Source of the DNA: a virus
Direction: 5' to 3' (one strand)
IMG/VR virus record: IMGVR_UViG_3300035661_000009
Coordinates: 64,001-128,000 of that record
DNA: 64,000 nucleotides
Below the pieces are notes generated by a model. That model worked only from the letters and a program-made list of their open reading frames with translations. It was not told where the DNA came from and did no database searches. Below, in pieces: positions 40,485 through 52,110 of the stretch. The first letter of the stretch is position 1. The number at the start of each line of letters is the position of its first letter. The translations under genes were made by a program, and so were the position numbers.

Positions 40485-43400
40485 TTACTCCGATACATGA
40501 ACCATCGTGCCAACTTGGCTAAAATTGGGGATAGCGACAATTTGCTGATTGTAATCCTCAAAGGAGGCATTGCCGGTTATGGCTGTGATATTTAAATCCT
40601 CTAGCTTAAGAAAGGCGGCAAAAGCCCATGTCCTTAGTAATTTGCCTGATTCATAAAAGCAGCCAACTTGCTCATTTACATCATCGATGGCCCATACCAT
40701 GCCCCCATTGTCTGTCATAAAGGGTGAGATCCCGAATGCTTTATCGTCGCCGCAGCCGAACTTAACCATTTCTGAATGGATAATATTCGTTAACGTCGCA
40801 GTATCTCCCCAGCTACCTTTTCCACGAAGTAGCGCATTTTGAAGAATTTCAGGCAATAAATCTCCTAGCTTACGAGTATATAGCCATACTGCCCGAGCCC
40901 CATGCTTAACTACGATATTTCCACGCATTAGTATTCATCCATTTCTGAGAGAAAGATTCCAGCCTCTACTTCATTTACTTCATTTACTTCATTTTCATCG
41001 ATATAACCATCATTATAACTGTCATGGATAAGGTCGAATAGATTATCCCACTGTTCGGGCGATAAGTCAACTTCTTCTAGTGATAGCCATTCATTGCCCG
41101 ATCGTTCATAAACCTCAATAATCTCAGCTTCATCGTTGGCAATGTAAGCGTCTACTAGTAAATCCCTAGTATCTGCAAAGAACTCTACGCGTACATTAGC
41201 TAAATCATTTACATTAGGCAGTGCGGTAATCATAGTTTGGCCAACCCTTCCAGTAGTTTAGTTAAATTCGCCTTACTTTCGTCTGAAGAGAGGTTAATCG
41301 GGACATCAACATAACTAACCTCCGCTGATTTACTGTTAATACCCAACGCGACTTTAACTCCGTTAGGTAGTTCTAGCCCCATATTGAATCCGGGCTTTTC
41401 ATTTACAATTTTAACCGTAGTAAAATCCTTCAACGATTCCTTAATCCGGTTAAAGATTTCAAGCCTTGCTGGAGCTTCTTCGATCCGCTTCTTTCTAATG
41501 CTATCGACCATATCGGTATCGATACGTTGATCGAATAAAAGCTGATTTTTTACAGCAACTACTTCCGTAAGAGTCTTAACCAATTCACGTAAACGACTCT
41601 TATATCGTTCCTTATCCCAGATAGAATCGGTTTCGACGATGATGTAGCTATGTTTATTTACGGCAGCTACCTTCTCACCTTCAAGGTTTACAGTAATACG
41701 AATACGACGGGCCTGAGAAGGATCTTGTACAACTCCCGAATTATTCCCACGACTGCCTGGAGATCGTTGGTTTTCAACGAAAATGTTAATAATGTTCTTC
41801 AACTCAGGATGGTCAATAGTTAGCTTACCCTCACTATTGTTTGCTCCCGTAAGCATTACCTTAAATTCTGGGTATCTAATGCCGAAGTCAATTAAAGCCT
41901 GCGTCATTTCATTAATAAGCATTATGGTTTCCTGTTTAGTTTCTATTTACTGCGACAATTCCAAAGCCTTACCGCGTCCGACCGACCTCTCAACCCTACC
42001 ACGGTCGGTTTCCGGTTGCAAGGGCCGAGCGGATCAAGCACTTGCCATAAATAAGTAATTCCAACGCTCCCCAGCTACTTCTTTATTTACTAGGAAATCG
42101 TATGGAAGTTGATCAGCAAAATGATTTAAGCATAGATCACATGTCTTGCTGCCATCAACAAAAGCCTCTTCTATGCGAGCTTGCTGACATAAATCGCAAC
42201 AATGGGGTGGTTTAACTACTTCTAATGCCGCTAATGCTTCAATTTTTTCGATTGTATTCATAATTTCCTAGGTTAGTCTAATCTTCCTGATTTCATCTCT
42301 TTGATTACGGCTCTTAATATCTCAAATCCTTCATCTGAAAGCGGAAAGTCATCTTTACGGAGTTTATTTATAATACGTTTCGCTCTCTTTTTAGCTGACC
42401 TACTCGGCCTCTTTGTATAATCAAACTTCTCATATTTCTCATACTGTCCGTATTTAGAGCGCCGACCACGCAGTATATCTATTTCTAGCTCAAGCTGCTT
42501 GTCGGTCATATTCTTATACCTATCCCGAGTCTCCTTCATATCGGTAGGATTGATTGAGTTAGATGGGTTACTTGGACCCAGATCTCCGGGATCCTCATCT
42601 CCACCATATGGATCAAAATCCCTCCTAACTCCTGGTTTATTCAGGTTTTCATTTTTATATCGGCTCATTTACTATCGTTTCTCCACTGCAAGTGGTTGAT
42701 CTATAAACAGCAGTAAGTAGGTAGTTTATCCATTCTTTAAGCGGGACGCGGTTAAGACGGGCGGGAGAGGGCAGCCTATACTTCCTCCAAGCAATAACCT
42801 TTGGTCCAGCATGAAGTATTTCTACAATACTCATATCTCCTACGATATGGGCTGGCATACGCCAACAAGTATTTTCATTAATTGAAAAAAGATAGAACTT
42901 CTTTTTCGTTTTGTTGTAAAGGAACTTCTGACCTAAATATATCTCTTGTTTCCATGCCATTTAATATCTCCACAGGCTAGACAGCGTAGAATTGCTGGAA
43001 ACGGTGTTAACTGGCCGTTCAAACATACTTAGCGCGTATTTAAATAAAAAGTTTCTGTCTTTATTAAGCCCAGCATAGGTTCTATCGATATGCAAATCCC
43101 ACCAGTCACGTGGCTTATTTGCACTTAGCAGCGAAGATAAATCAGTCGTAATTGGTGGCACTCTCCACACTCTACCATCTAGGGTCACTATAAAGGTTCT
43201 TTTTTGAGTCGTCTTATAAAAAGTGTCGTTGCTGCCGCTAATATGTCTAATCCACATTAAGCATCTCCAAGGCAAGAGAGGGGTCGAGCTTGCGGTGATA
43301 AGGCGAATTTAAGTAATTCTTTGCGAGTATAGATAGTGGGATTAGGATCAGGATTAGGATTGAGAGGTACGTCGCTCCCGTTCCAATCTAAAGCGGCCCA

Positions 43401-44049
43401 TTGATTATAAAATTTATCTAAATTTGGATTCACATCTTCGTGTTTAAATTCTAATATTCCTGGGAATCTAAAGTAATCTAAGTTTTTAATTGGAAATCTA
43501 AGTTTATAGATATAGGGTTCGGTCAACTTACGGAGATCTACAATTATAAGGTATTCTTTAGTTTTAGTTATTAAAAACTTGCTACCGCAGTATTTATAAT
43601 TTATAAACATATTAGTTTTTATTCTTTTACTCCATCAATTCTTCGATTTCATAATTTGGGTAATGGTATTTAATGAGACTCTCGCCCTCAAGCGGAATAG
43701 ACTTTAAATAACACTTATTCCCATCATCTACCCATTTGACACTATCTACGGCTTCCAAGTCGTTGGTATTGACACTTAGCTTATCAATACAATACGTAAC
43801 CTTGCTAAACTCAACAATAGCGACATGACTCCCAGCAAAGAAATCTTTCTTGCATCGGCCACATTGATACATGGCTGTGTTAAAATCACGACAAGTTACT
43901 AAACCATCGCAGTCTTTATGGTAAATATCCTCAAATGGGACCATAGCGAATTCTTCGTCGATATCCATTGGCCGCTTTGCGGTAATGTGAAATAACGTCG
44001 CTTGAGCTTTTGCCTTTTGAGCCGTTGGGCTCGTCGTTCTGGTGACCAT
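40485..44049 (-). other. Run of hypothetical CDS (40485-40928, 40928-41233, 41230-41922, 42034-42261, 42273-42668, 42655-42960, 42961-~43257, 43257-43610, 43627-44049)
   Basis: Overlapping start/stop codons, co-oriented. Confidence 0.7.
41993..42021 (-). promoter_or_regulatory. Conserved early promoter TTGCAA-17-TAGGGT
   Basis: Member of the repeated promoter family. Confidence 0.8.
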
Positions 44050-44055
44050 GCCGCA

Positions 44056-44149
44056 ACCCTACCACGGTCGGTTTCCGGTTGCAAGAGGCGTTGGCGGTTT
44101 GGCGTGCGGGGTGGAGCGGTTGACGTGCAAGGTAACGGTGTGATAGGGT
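44056..44149. promoter_or_regulatory. Back-to-back divergent promoters (minus 44056-44084; plus 44120-44149) at the strand switch
   Basis: TTGCAA-17-TAGGGT and TTGACG-18-TAGGGT; gene orientation flips here. Confidence 0.8.
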
Positions 44150-44268
44150 CGGGCTGGCGGTTTTCAAGAAACCCGGAAGACAGTCATATTCAAGGGAAGC
44201 CCCGCGATAGTCTTATACAAAAGTATTCGTAGGTTCCGCAGCACACAAATAACCCAAAACAGCAATCC

Positions 44269-44793
44269 ATGAGATTAGAAACCAGAGCACAAAGATATGC
44301 TAAGAAAGCCCGAGACTCAAAGATTGTTAAACTACCTTTTGCATTCGCTGCCACAAATTTCACAAATGATGGTAACGTTGCTTTCCTAAGCCGAGCGTTG
44401 GCTTGCTTTGGTGGGCATACAATGCATATAATCGGACGTATGCCGTCTGAGCATGAATTGTCTCGCCTATCTGGCGGGCATAGCAGGTTAGTTAAATGGG
44501 TTAGTTATAAGAACCCGACCCACTTCCTATCTGATAATCAAGATAAAGAATTGGTCTGCGCTGAGCTAGACGACAGAAGCGTGCCATTAAATGAGGTTAA
44601 GTGGAATTATGTTCATGAAACCATTGTAATTCTTGGCAATGAAATGGATGGTATCCCTGTAGAAATTATGGCCAAGAGTAAGTTGGTGGAATTGCCAATG
44701 AAATCAAAGGGGTGGTGCCTTAATACCAGTATGACCGGTAATATCATTGGTTATGATTATATGAATAAATATCTCAATGGGTCAATGACATGA
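44269..44793 (+). CDS. SpoU/TrmH-family SPOUT RNA 2'-O-methyltransferase
   Basis: NDGNVAFLSRALACFG, VILGNEMDGIP, ELPMKSKGWCLNTSMT. Confidence 0.85.
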   Translation: MRLETRAQRYAKKARDSKIVKLPFAFAATNFTNDGNVAFLSRALACFGGHTMHIIGRMPSEHELSRLSGGHSRLVKWVSYKNPTHFLSDNQDKELVCAELDDRSVPLNEVKWNYVHETIVILGNEMDGIPVEIMAKSKLVELPMKSKGWCLNTSMTGNIIGYDYMNKYLNGSMT

Positions 44794-46452
44794 TCCCGTT
44801 CTTCTGGGACAGTGTGCACAATAGATTGCAAATAAGTCGAGTCGCCAGTAATCCCACCAACCCATTTAAGTTCTTTACCAAAGCATATAGATCTAATATA
44901 AGGTCCGCTCAAGGGAACGAGACGGTTGGTATTGAGCGTTGGCATTATGCCCAAATAGACGGACATACCGCTTACTTTATAAATGATGTTAATTGGTCTG
45001 TTATAGATAAGGAATAGAGGCGTTTATGTTTGTCGTACAAGGACAAGCCGCAGTTTTAGTTGGAAAGTATTGGTCGCCTAAAACGGGCGATTTCTATAGA
45101 ACCGGAATGGCGTACCCGGCTGATAAATTTGGCCTGTTAAGGGCTCGGTATGCTGTTATTAGACTTAACTCAGTTTTTCGCATCGAAGCCAAGTCTAAAA
45201 GTAAAATACCGGGCCATCTTGCTCAAAAACGATTAAAATATGGAGAAGAATTGTGAGTATAACTGTTGAAGACGCGATCGATGGAGGAAGTAGGGTTATT
45301 TGGGGTTGCGCTTGGTTCTACGGAGCGTATAATATAGACCAGACCTTTTGGCAAGCCGCCATTCCGGCGTTAACTATCATTATTTTAGCGGCTTTGTGGA
45401 TGAAAAAGGACATAGGTGAATAGATGAGTTACTCTAGTTTTACTAAAAAAGAAAAAGCGGCTTTATATAGACTTGCAGTACAAATAGAACATGAAGGTGG
45501 ATTGCAAGGGTTATTTAAAGGATGTGACAATTGGGCCCCTTATATGGATAGCTTGCCGTTTGAGTTCTCACAAGAGCTTTCTGAACTAATGAGCAAATTC
45601 GATAAGTTCGAGAAAAGAATTTACGAGGGCTATCTCTATGCTGAAGAATTTGATGAAGTAGAAGCGGGGCTAGATGATTAAAATCAATGACTGGATGGAA
45701 TTATCTAAAAAAATGGGTGGTGTTAGGGCCCCGGCGGAATGTCAAGACACCGCTTTAATCGAAATAATCAACCAAGAATTAGCTGCTATGGAAGCTCGTA
45801 TTATAGAAGTATTTAAAGCTAAACTTAAAGACCAAGAGCAACAGATAATGTATCAATTTGCCGCTATGAAGCAAGCAGCAAGAAATAAAAAGGGATAAAT
45901 GAGTAAAATATCAAATCTTTCAATAGAATATCAACTTGAACATACTTACGTAGTCCCATCCAATGATTCATTTTAAAGGCAGAGACAGGTTGATTATTAA
46001 TACAGCCGGATCTAAAATGATGAAGCCGCATTCTTGCATAAATGGACATTGGGAATCTGGCTTTAATTTAGATCCAGAGGTAGCTGTATTGGGCTTTACC
46101 CATAGGTACAGTGAGGTTGGCCCAATTAATTATTATATTAGAGGTGTTTATATTAAGGGCCATTTATACGCAAGAAGCTCTATATTAAGAGGAACTTGGT
46201 ATGTTCATTAGCTCAAAAACAAGCCGATGCCATATAATGAATAATTTTAGCGTTCATTTACAGCTTATTCAAAAATTTAGAGTTTATGGATACTTAGCCA
46301 TTGGAAGAAATTTATTGTTTTCTCAAACTAATCTATATACGCCATTAACGTTTTCTCGTTGTGAACTTAGAATAAATTATAGAACGAAAAGCAAAATACA
46401 TAAAATGCCCGGAATGACATTATCTTACTGATTGGGGCTGGTTGGGCTGGTG

Positions 46453-46481
46453 TTGACGGCACGAACCGGGTGTGATAGGGT
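46453..46481 (+). promoter_or_regulatory. Conserved early promoter TTGACG-17-TAGGGT
   Basis: Member of the repeated promoter family. Confidence 0.78.
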
Positions 46482-46586
46482 TGAGGTGGCGCGCGTGGCG
46501 CGGCGAAGAGATGGCGAACGGGAGTAAGGCAGTCAATCAAAGGGTGGTTTTGGACGTTTTATTATATTTGTAAATACGGGCAGTAA

Positions 46587-46655
46587 GGGCTAGGTGCTGG
46601 GGTACAAAGACGCTTTGCAAGCGACTTTCGATGGGTTCGATTCCCATATGGTCCA
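46587..46655 (+). tRNA. Degenerate tRNA-Ala(TGC)-like gene
   Basis: CGC-TTTGCAA-GCG, ATGGG-TTCGATT-CCCAT; weak acceptor stem and reduced D-arm. Confidence 0.45.
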
Positions 46656-47240
46656 TATGTTCATAAAAATAAAGCGAGCTTATCAAAACGAGACATATTT
46701 ATATAAAGAATATAAAAATTTAGACGTTATTTTGTCGTGCCGCGTACCGTCGCGTGGGATCAACGGAACAAGAACAAAGACGATTACAATATATAAGCGG
46801 CCATACACGGGTGTTTTTAAAGACACCTCTATTGAAGTTTATAGATACGACGGATTTGTTAATTGTGGAAGCTTTACCATATCAGAGTACGGATTTGCGA
46901 AACAATTACTTCTGTTAGTTAAACAAACATTGAGATGAGGGAACATGTTCATAAGACCTGAATTACACCAAAATAACTATGTCTATCTTTATAAAGTGTC
47001 TAAAAATAGCGAATTCTTACTGCGGCGTGACAAAGGCGGTCAAAGCAGTTGGTATCTCTATAAAAGAGACTTCATTCTAGCTCCACGAGGCAAAGACAAT
47101 TTCCTTAATTATAGTTTAATAAAAAGAGGTCGTTTAGATCAGTGTGCAAATGACACAAAGATGTTCATGTCATATATAAACCTTATTGTCAAAGAAAATA
47201 GAACCCCGAGAATTTAATGTGAATAGTTTTACCGCATCGC

Positions 47241-47314
47241 TGCCCTATAACTCAACTGGCTAGAGTGTCACCCTTTGAAGGTGAAAGTTTACGGTTCGAA
47301 TCCGTATGGGGCTA
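47241..47314 (+). tRNA. tRNA-Gln(TTG) by anticodon
   Basis: TCACC-CTTTGAA-GGTGA, TACGG-TTCGAAT-CCGTA. Confidence 0.85.
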
Positions 47315-47345
47315 TTGACTGTATTAATATTATTAAACATAATCT

Positions 47346-47612
47346 ATGAAAACAAAGCTACTGTGTCTATTTTTAATGACAAGCTGTATAACCGCCAAAG
47401 AGTTAGGTCGGTGGCAAACTACCCCAAATGCCAATAAAAGGCATGAAGTCGGCGTTTGGCTTCAAAACTGTATAAACAACTGTAATACCTTATTTTGTCA
47501 GCACGAATGTCTAGAATTGAGTCACGAATGGTGTCGTAACGAAAAGTTGGAAAGTGGTTGCGGTATTGATCAATTGTATGGTGTAAGAAACTGGCGTAGC
47601 TTTAATCAATAA
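47346..47612 (+). CDS. Cys-rich putative lipoprotein
   Basis: MKTKLLCLFLMTSC lipobox-like signal peptide. Confidence 0.55.
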   Translation: MKTKLLCLFLMTSCITAKELGRWQTTPNANKRHEVGVWLQNCINNCNTLFCQHECLELSHEWCRNEKLESGCGIDQLYGVRNWRSFNQ

Positions 47613-47646
47613 AGAAATAAAATAAAGAAATAAAGAAAGAAAACAA

Positions 47647-48378
47647 ATGAACTTCAAATTTCATGACAGTAAGGGCGACGTAAAGCGGTTTCTAGGCGTT
47701 GAAATGGAAGTTTCACATATAGGCGACCGAAGTAAGGTAGCTAAGGTAGTTGAAAAATGGGGCGGCGAAGTAGGCTCAGATGGCAGTATTGATCCTGAAG
47801 ATACCGACATTGGTAATCGTTCTTGTGGAGATACTGCCGAAATTCGTACGGCCCCCGCCAGAGGAGAGTTGTTTGAACAGCAGATAAAAGAAATCTGTGA
47901 AGTATTGGTGGCTACTGGCGGCAAAGTCAATGAATCATGTGGGTTACACGTTCATGTAGACGCCCGAGACTTCAACTCAGACGACATATTCAAGACCGTT
48001 CTTGTATGGGAGAAATACGAATCGCAGATGTTCCAAAAAGTAGCTAAGCACCGTCGAGATAATGACTACTGTGAAGCCATTGGCGACACTTTTGCCAGTA
48101 TTGTAAGAGGTGACGGGTTCCCTATGGTGAAGCTAGAAAAAATTAAAAATGAGTGGCAAGATCTAGATAAGCACTGTTCGCTTAATTTAATCAATCTTGA
48201 GCACCTCGGTACGATTGAAAACCGTATGCATGAAGGTACGATAGATGCTGAGAAGATAATCGCTTGGGGTAAGCTAAACAGCAAACTCATCGACTTCTGC
48301 AAGAAGAGTGATCTAAAATCAGTAACTAATATGAAGGCGTTCTCGACTCGCAGTTTGGGAAGTTATCTACGGAAGTAA
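47647..48378 (+). CDS. Putative amidoligase (second copy)
   Basis: FLGVEMEV, SDGSI, AEIRTAP, SCGLHVHVD, TIENRMHEGT. Confidence 0.85.
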   Translation: MNFKFHDSKGDVKRFLGVEMEVSHIGDRSKVAKVVEKWGGEVGSDGSIDPEDTDIGNRSCGDTAEIRTAPARGELFEQQIKEICEVLVATGGKVNESCGLHVHVDARDFNSDDIFKTVLVWEKYESQMFQKVAKHRRDNDYCEAIGDTFASIVRGDGFPMVKLEKIKNEWQDLDKHCSLNLINLEHLGTIENRMHEGTIDAEKIIAWGKLNSKLIDFCKKSDLKSVTNMKAFSTRSLGSYLRK

Positions 48379-48401
48379 GGAAAGTAAGGAAAGTAAGGGC
48401 G

Positions 48402-48468
48402 TTCTAGAGTGCTCAATTGGTAGAGCAAAGGGTAATCCTTGTCGTCGGTTCGACTCCGATCTCTAGAA
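48402..48468 (+). ncRNA. tRNA-like RNA with shrunken anticodon arm
   Basis: TCTAGAG/CTCTAGA acceptor, GCTC-AATTGGTA-GAGC D-arm, AAGG-GTAAT-CCTT, GTCGG-TTCGACT-CCGAT. Confidence 0.6.
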
Positions 48469-49226
48469 TTATGTTAATTCATCTTTCTAATAATCTTGAA
48501 GGAGCGCATAATTGCCTCTCGATAGGTGGGAGCAATAGATCAATAATAGCTAATTATTGGATGTTCAGAAGGGCGCTCTATGCAAAACCGTTACGGTATT
48601 TTCAAACAAAGATTAATCCGTTTTTTTCTTCGGCAATAAAACGCAAAATGGCGATTTTTATTAAACGAGGCAACAAATATGGACAATAAAATAATTACGA
48701 TTTATCATCAGCCAACAGCGGTAACACGTTATTTTCGAAGTAAAACAGAGGCTAACGGGTTTATAAAAGAGGCTTACTTAGCCGAGAAGGCTGATGGTTT
48801 ACAGTGCTGTTGCATTTTCGAAAATTCCAAGAAATAAAAGCAGAATATGAAATAAACGAAGAGTTTTTTCATTATAAGAATGGGAGTTTATAAGCATGAA
48901 AAAGATAATTAATACAGACGGAAGTATCATTTTAGAAGGCTCTGTCGAAGAAATTCTGGAATATGAGCGTAATCAAGTAGGAATTAAATCATACAACGCC
49001 TATCCTCTATGCAGGCCAGAAAAATATCAGCTCGTGGGAAAGGCGCATTTAATGCCCAATGGGAATTTGCGTAAAGACTATGAGCCCAATATAGTTAAAG
49101 ACTATAAGCCCAATATGGTAACAACTATAGCGACGGGCGTACGTGACTATGCTGGCCCACAAGGGCTAGAAATGGATTCAAACGGCAATTTCTACTGGGC
49201 TGGTACAAATAAGGCTTAATTGTTGT

Positions 49227-49760
49227 ATGAAAAATATTCTTTACGTATTCCCGGAAGCAGAGTTATGGGTAAAACCATATAAAGATCATGGATATAACAT
49301 CTTAACTCAAAATACAGTTAAACCATGGGATAATATTCACGGGCTATTGATGGTGCCCCCTTACGATTCCTTTAGTAACGCGGGCCATAAAGGCTGGAAT
49401 CACAGAGATGAAGTAGGTATAACAACTACAGCAGTAAATGAGGCCCAAAAGGCATTTAATTTAGTTCAGCTATATAGTCCTATATTTTGGGCCGTAGCGG
49501 GTCCAGTTGGGCGTATGCAAAGACTTCTAAGCATACCCGACCCAGTATTAAGGTTTAATCCAAACGATTATGGCGACGATTATAGGAGGCGTATCAATAT
49601 ATGGGGAGTTTTTAATATCCCACCCAAAACCCCAAGAAGACTACCTACTCTAAACCAAGACGCAAAAGACATTTTGAGGATAGCTGGCCAAAGCAAGAAA
49701 ATACCAAAAACGCTAATCCCTCCTAAATTTGCTGAAGAATTTATGAAAGCAAACCCGTGA
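49227..49760 (+). CDS. C5-cytosine methyltransferase-like protein, catalytic motifs degenerate
   Basis: IHGLLMVPPYDSFSNAG (PPC becomes PPY), PIFWAVAGPVGRM (ENP becomes AGP), FNPNDYGDDYRRRINIWG. Confidence 0.55.
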   Translation: MKNILYVFPEAELWVKPYKDHGYNILTQNTVKPWDNIHGLLMVPPYDSFSNAGHKGWNHRDEVGITTTAVNEAQKAFNLVQLYSPIFWAVAGPVGRMQRLLSIPDPVLRFNPNDYGDDYRRRINIWGVFNIPPKTPRRLPTLNQDAKDILRIAGQSKKIPKTLIPPKFAEEFMKANP

Positions 49761-50236
49761 ATAAATCAGATTATAACGTAAATATGTATTTAAATGAAAT
49801 ATTAGGCGAATTTGCTGATGCTGCTGTCGATTTAGGCGGTGGCGTCAATGACGTTTTAAGAGCAAAACCAGAAGATTTAGCTAATGTAGCTATTATTTAC
49901 ACAAAGCTGGAAAAGAACTATAACTTCTTATTTGAAGAGTTGCTTAAGGCAATTCATCTAATATCTAAGGATTTTGAGCTAGACGAAGGATATAGTATAG
50001 ATGACTCAATATGATACATATAGTTAGAAAACTTGAAATTAAGATAGGTGACGATCGTTGGTACGTCAAAGCCACAAGGGCGACGGTCCGAGGATCTATT
50101 TTAAATAGATTATATACGTCACGAACTGAGGGTTTGTATAGAACCTTAATCGTGAGTGATTGGTTTGATATTTTCCTTGGATTAAATAGAAATGTAATTA
50201 ATGAAAGAAATCGATCAATAGTATCAAGAATATAAT

Positions 50237-50803
50237 ATGAACCTAGACAATATAGAGACCCCGAAAGCAGTTTTAGATTTTATAGAGAAATACATAACCT
50301 CAACAAACCAATTATTCAATCCAAGATCAGAGAATCCTAGGGAGCTGCTCCCCACGCCGGAAGATAAGATTCCATTAATTATTTTGAAAGATTCAGATCC
50401 CACTGCTGATATAATTCTTGCGTTTAATACATATAGGGTTAAAACTGATGGGAAAGCTATAATCCTGTTACCAGCTAAAGTGGATGAAAAGCATTGGATT
50501 AGATATGTTCAGCCATTTTCGCTTTTGCAGGATTGCTACCTCTATTTCCTAGGTAAAATGAAGATAAACGAGCCCGGCCAAAAACCTAAGAAAAGTAAGG
50601 ACGGCTATGCTCTGCTCGTAGTGGGGCTTGACCTACTCGATACCGCCGTGCTAGGGTTAGCAGAGAGCGCCGGGATAGAGGCGGGAGCAGAAGTCAAGGC
50701 TAGGGCGGCCGACGACGGCGTGGCGGCAGGAAAGACCAAAGTTAAGACCAAAGTTAAGAAAACGGATAAGTCAGATAAGTCAGACACCTTAAAGGCGGTA
50801 TAA
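50237..50803 (+). CDS. Phage Dam-like N6-adenine methyltransferase homologue, degenerate
   Basis: ETPKAVLDFI and AIILLPAKVDEKHWIRYV retained; no NPPY/F motif. Confidence 0.45.
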   Translation: MNLDNIETPKAVLDFIEKYITSTNQLFNPRSENPRELLPTPEDKIPLIILKDSDPTADIILAFNTYRVKTDGKAIILLPAKVDEKHWIRYVQPFSLLQDCYLYFLGKMKINEPGQKPKKSKDGYALLVVGLDLLDTAVLGLAESAGIEAGAEVKARAADDGVAAGKTKVKTKVKKTDKSDKSDTLKAV

Positions 50804-51636
50804 ATGGATTCGGCTACATTAAAGATATTAAGTGATATAGAAAATACGCAAAAACGTACAGCTTCTCCTTCGGAAGACATGGATGAAGATGAATATGAGC
50901 CTACTCTAGAAGACGAAGTAATTGATTTGCGTAGCGAGGTTGATTCGCTGAAGAAGTTGATATTTATCTTTATAAATAAGTATAATACGCATATACATAG
51001 GCCAGACAATAAAGTATTGAGCAATAGTCTTATAAACACTAAAGAACAATTAAAGGCATTATAACTATGTTAAAAAGCTCAGATTTCGGTACTGATTTGC
51101 AGTGTAAGTCTTGTAAACAGAGATTTACACTATATAAAAACTATAGTCACGACCATATTCTAACGCCAGCTTCCAAAAACGCTACATTCCTAGTTTGCCA
51201 CTATGTTCATCCAATGCCGATCTCGGTCGGGAGTGGCTGTGTTGATTGGTTGCGATGGTTTAGCGATGGCGAATTCTTTAATGGAATAACTATAAAAGAC
51301 GCTCATTTGACACTTAGTGGCTATGCCGAACTACATCAACCACAAACTGCACAAACTGCACAAATTGCTTCTGCTCCAGCACCAATTCCACAGCCCGCGC
51401 AGGTACCTGCGCCGCGACCGATGATAGGCTTATCACAACAAATAAACACAATGAATCAAGTGACTAATAAATACGTTGGTAAAAAGATAGACCCTGTGCT
51501 AATGAAGGAACTAGAAGACGAGCTATTAAAGTATACTGAAAAAATGATTAATAAATGTGAGTGTGGTTCTGCTAAAATAGGTATTAAAAAGGGTCAAATC
51601 GGACATAGCTCTTGGTGTCCATGGGTTAAATAGTTT

Positions 51637-52110
51637 ATGCGTATTCAAACGACAGACTATAATTGCGGGATTTTTGCTACATATAACGCATTAAGCGTCT
51701 TAGGTAGTCGTCCGTCGTTAAGGAAGTTAGGGAAGTTAACTAACACTACCGCTGAAACCGGAACTAATGAATTCGGGATTATGCAAGCGTTAATTGGCTA
51801 TGGATACTATCCTAGGCAATTTCATATTAAAAGTAACATTGAAATGAAGAAGCATCTCAACACATATGAGAAGTTCATTTCAGAAAGCGGCGAATCTTTC
51901 CCTATACAATGGCCCATTATAGCCTGCGTAGACAAGAATAAGCATTGGGTAGTTATAGCTGGATGTATTGAAGACCGATATCTCATACTAGATAGTAATA
52001 ATACATTAGCTAATAAAGCTAAAAACGGTATTCATTCTCTTAATTTTAGTGGGCTGGCTGAACGATGGAAGTATAATGGTGTATTCTACGGTATTACAAT
52101 AGAGCGTTAA
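51637..52110 (+). CDS. C39-like cysteine peptidase (standalone)
   Basis: IQTTDYNCG (Gln, Cys), GTNEFGI, PIIACV, HWVVIAG (His), YLILDS (Asp). Confidence 0.78.
   Translation: MRIQTTDYNCGIFATYNALSVLGSRPSLRKLGKLTNTTAETGTNEFGIMQALIGYGYYPRQFHIKSNIEMKKHLNTYEKFISESGESFPIQWPIIACVDKNKHWVVIAGCIEDRYLILDSNNTLANKAKNGIHSLNFSGLAERWKYNGVFYGITIER

Larger units (their letters stand above)
44790..47217 (+). other. Run of small hypothetical CDS (44790-45017, 45026-45256, 45424-45681, 45674-45898, 45963-46211, 46201-46431, 46657-46938, 46945-47217)
   Basis: Packed co-oriented ORFs. Confidence 0.65.
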
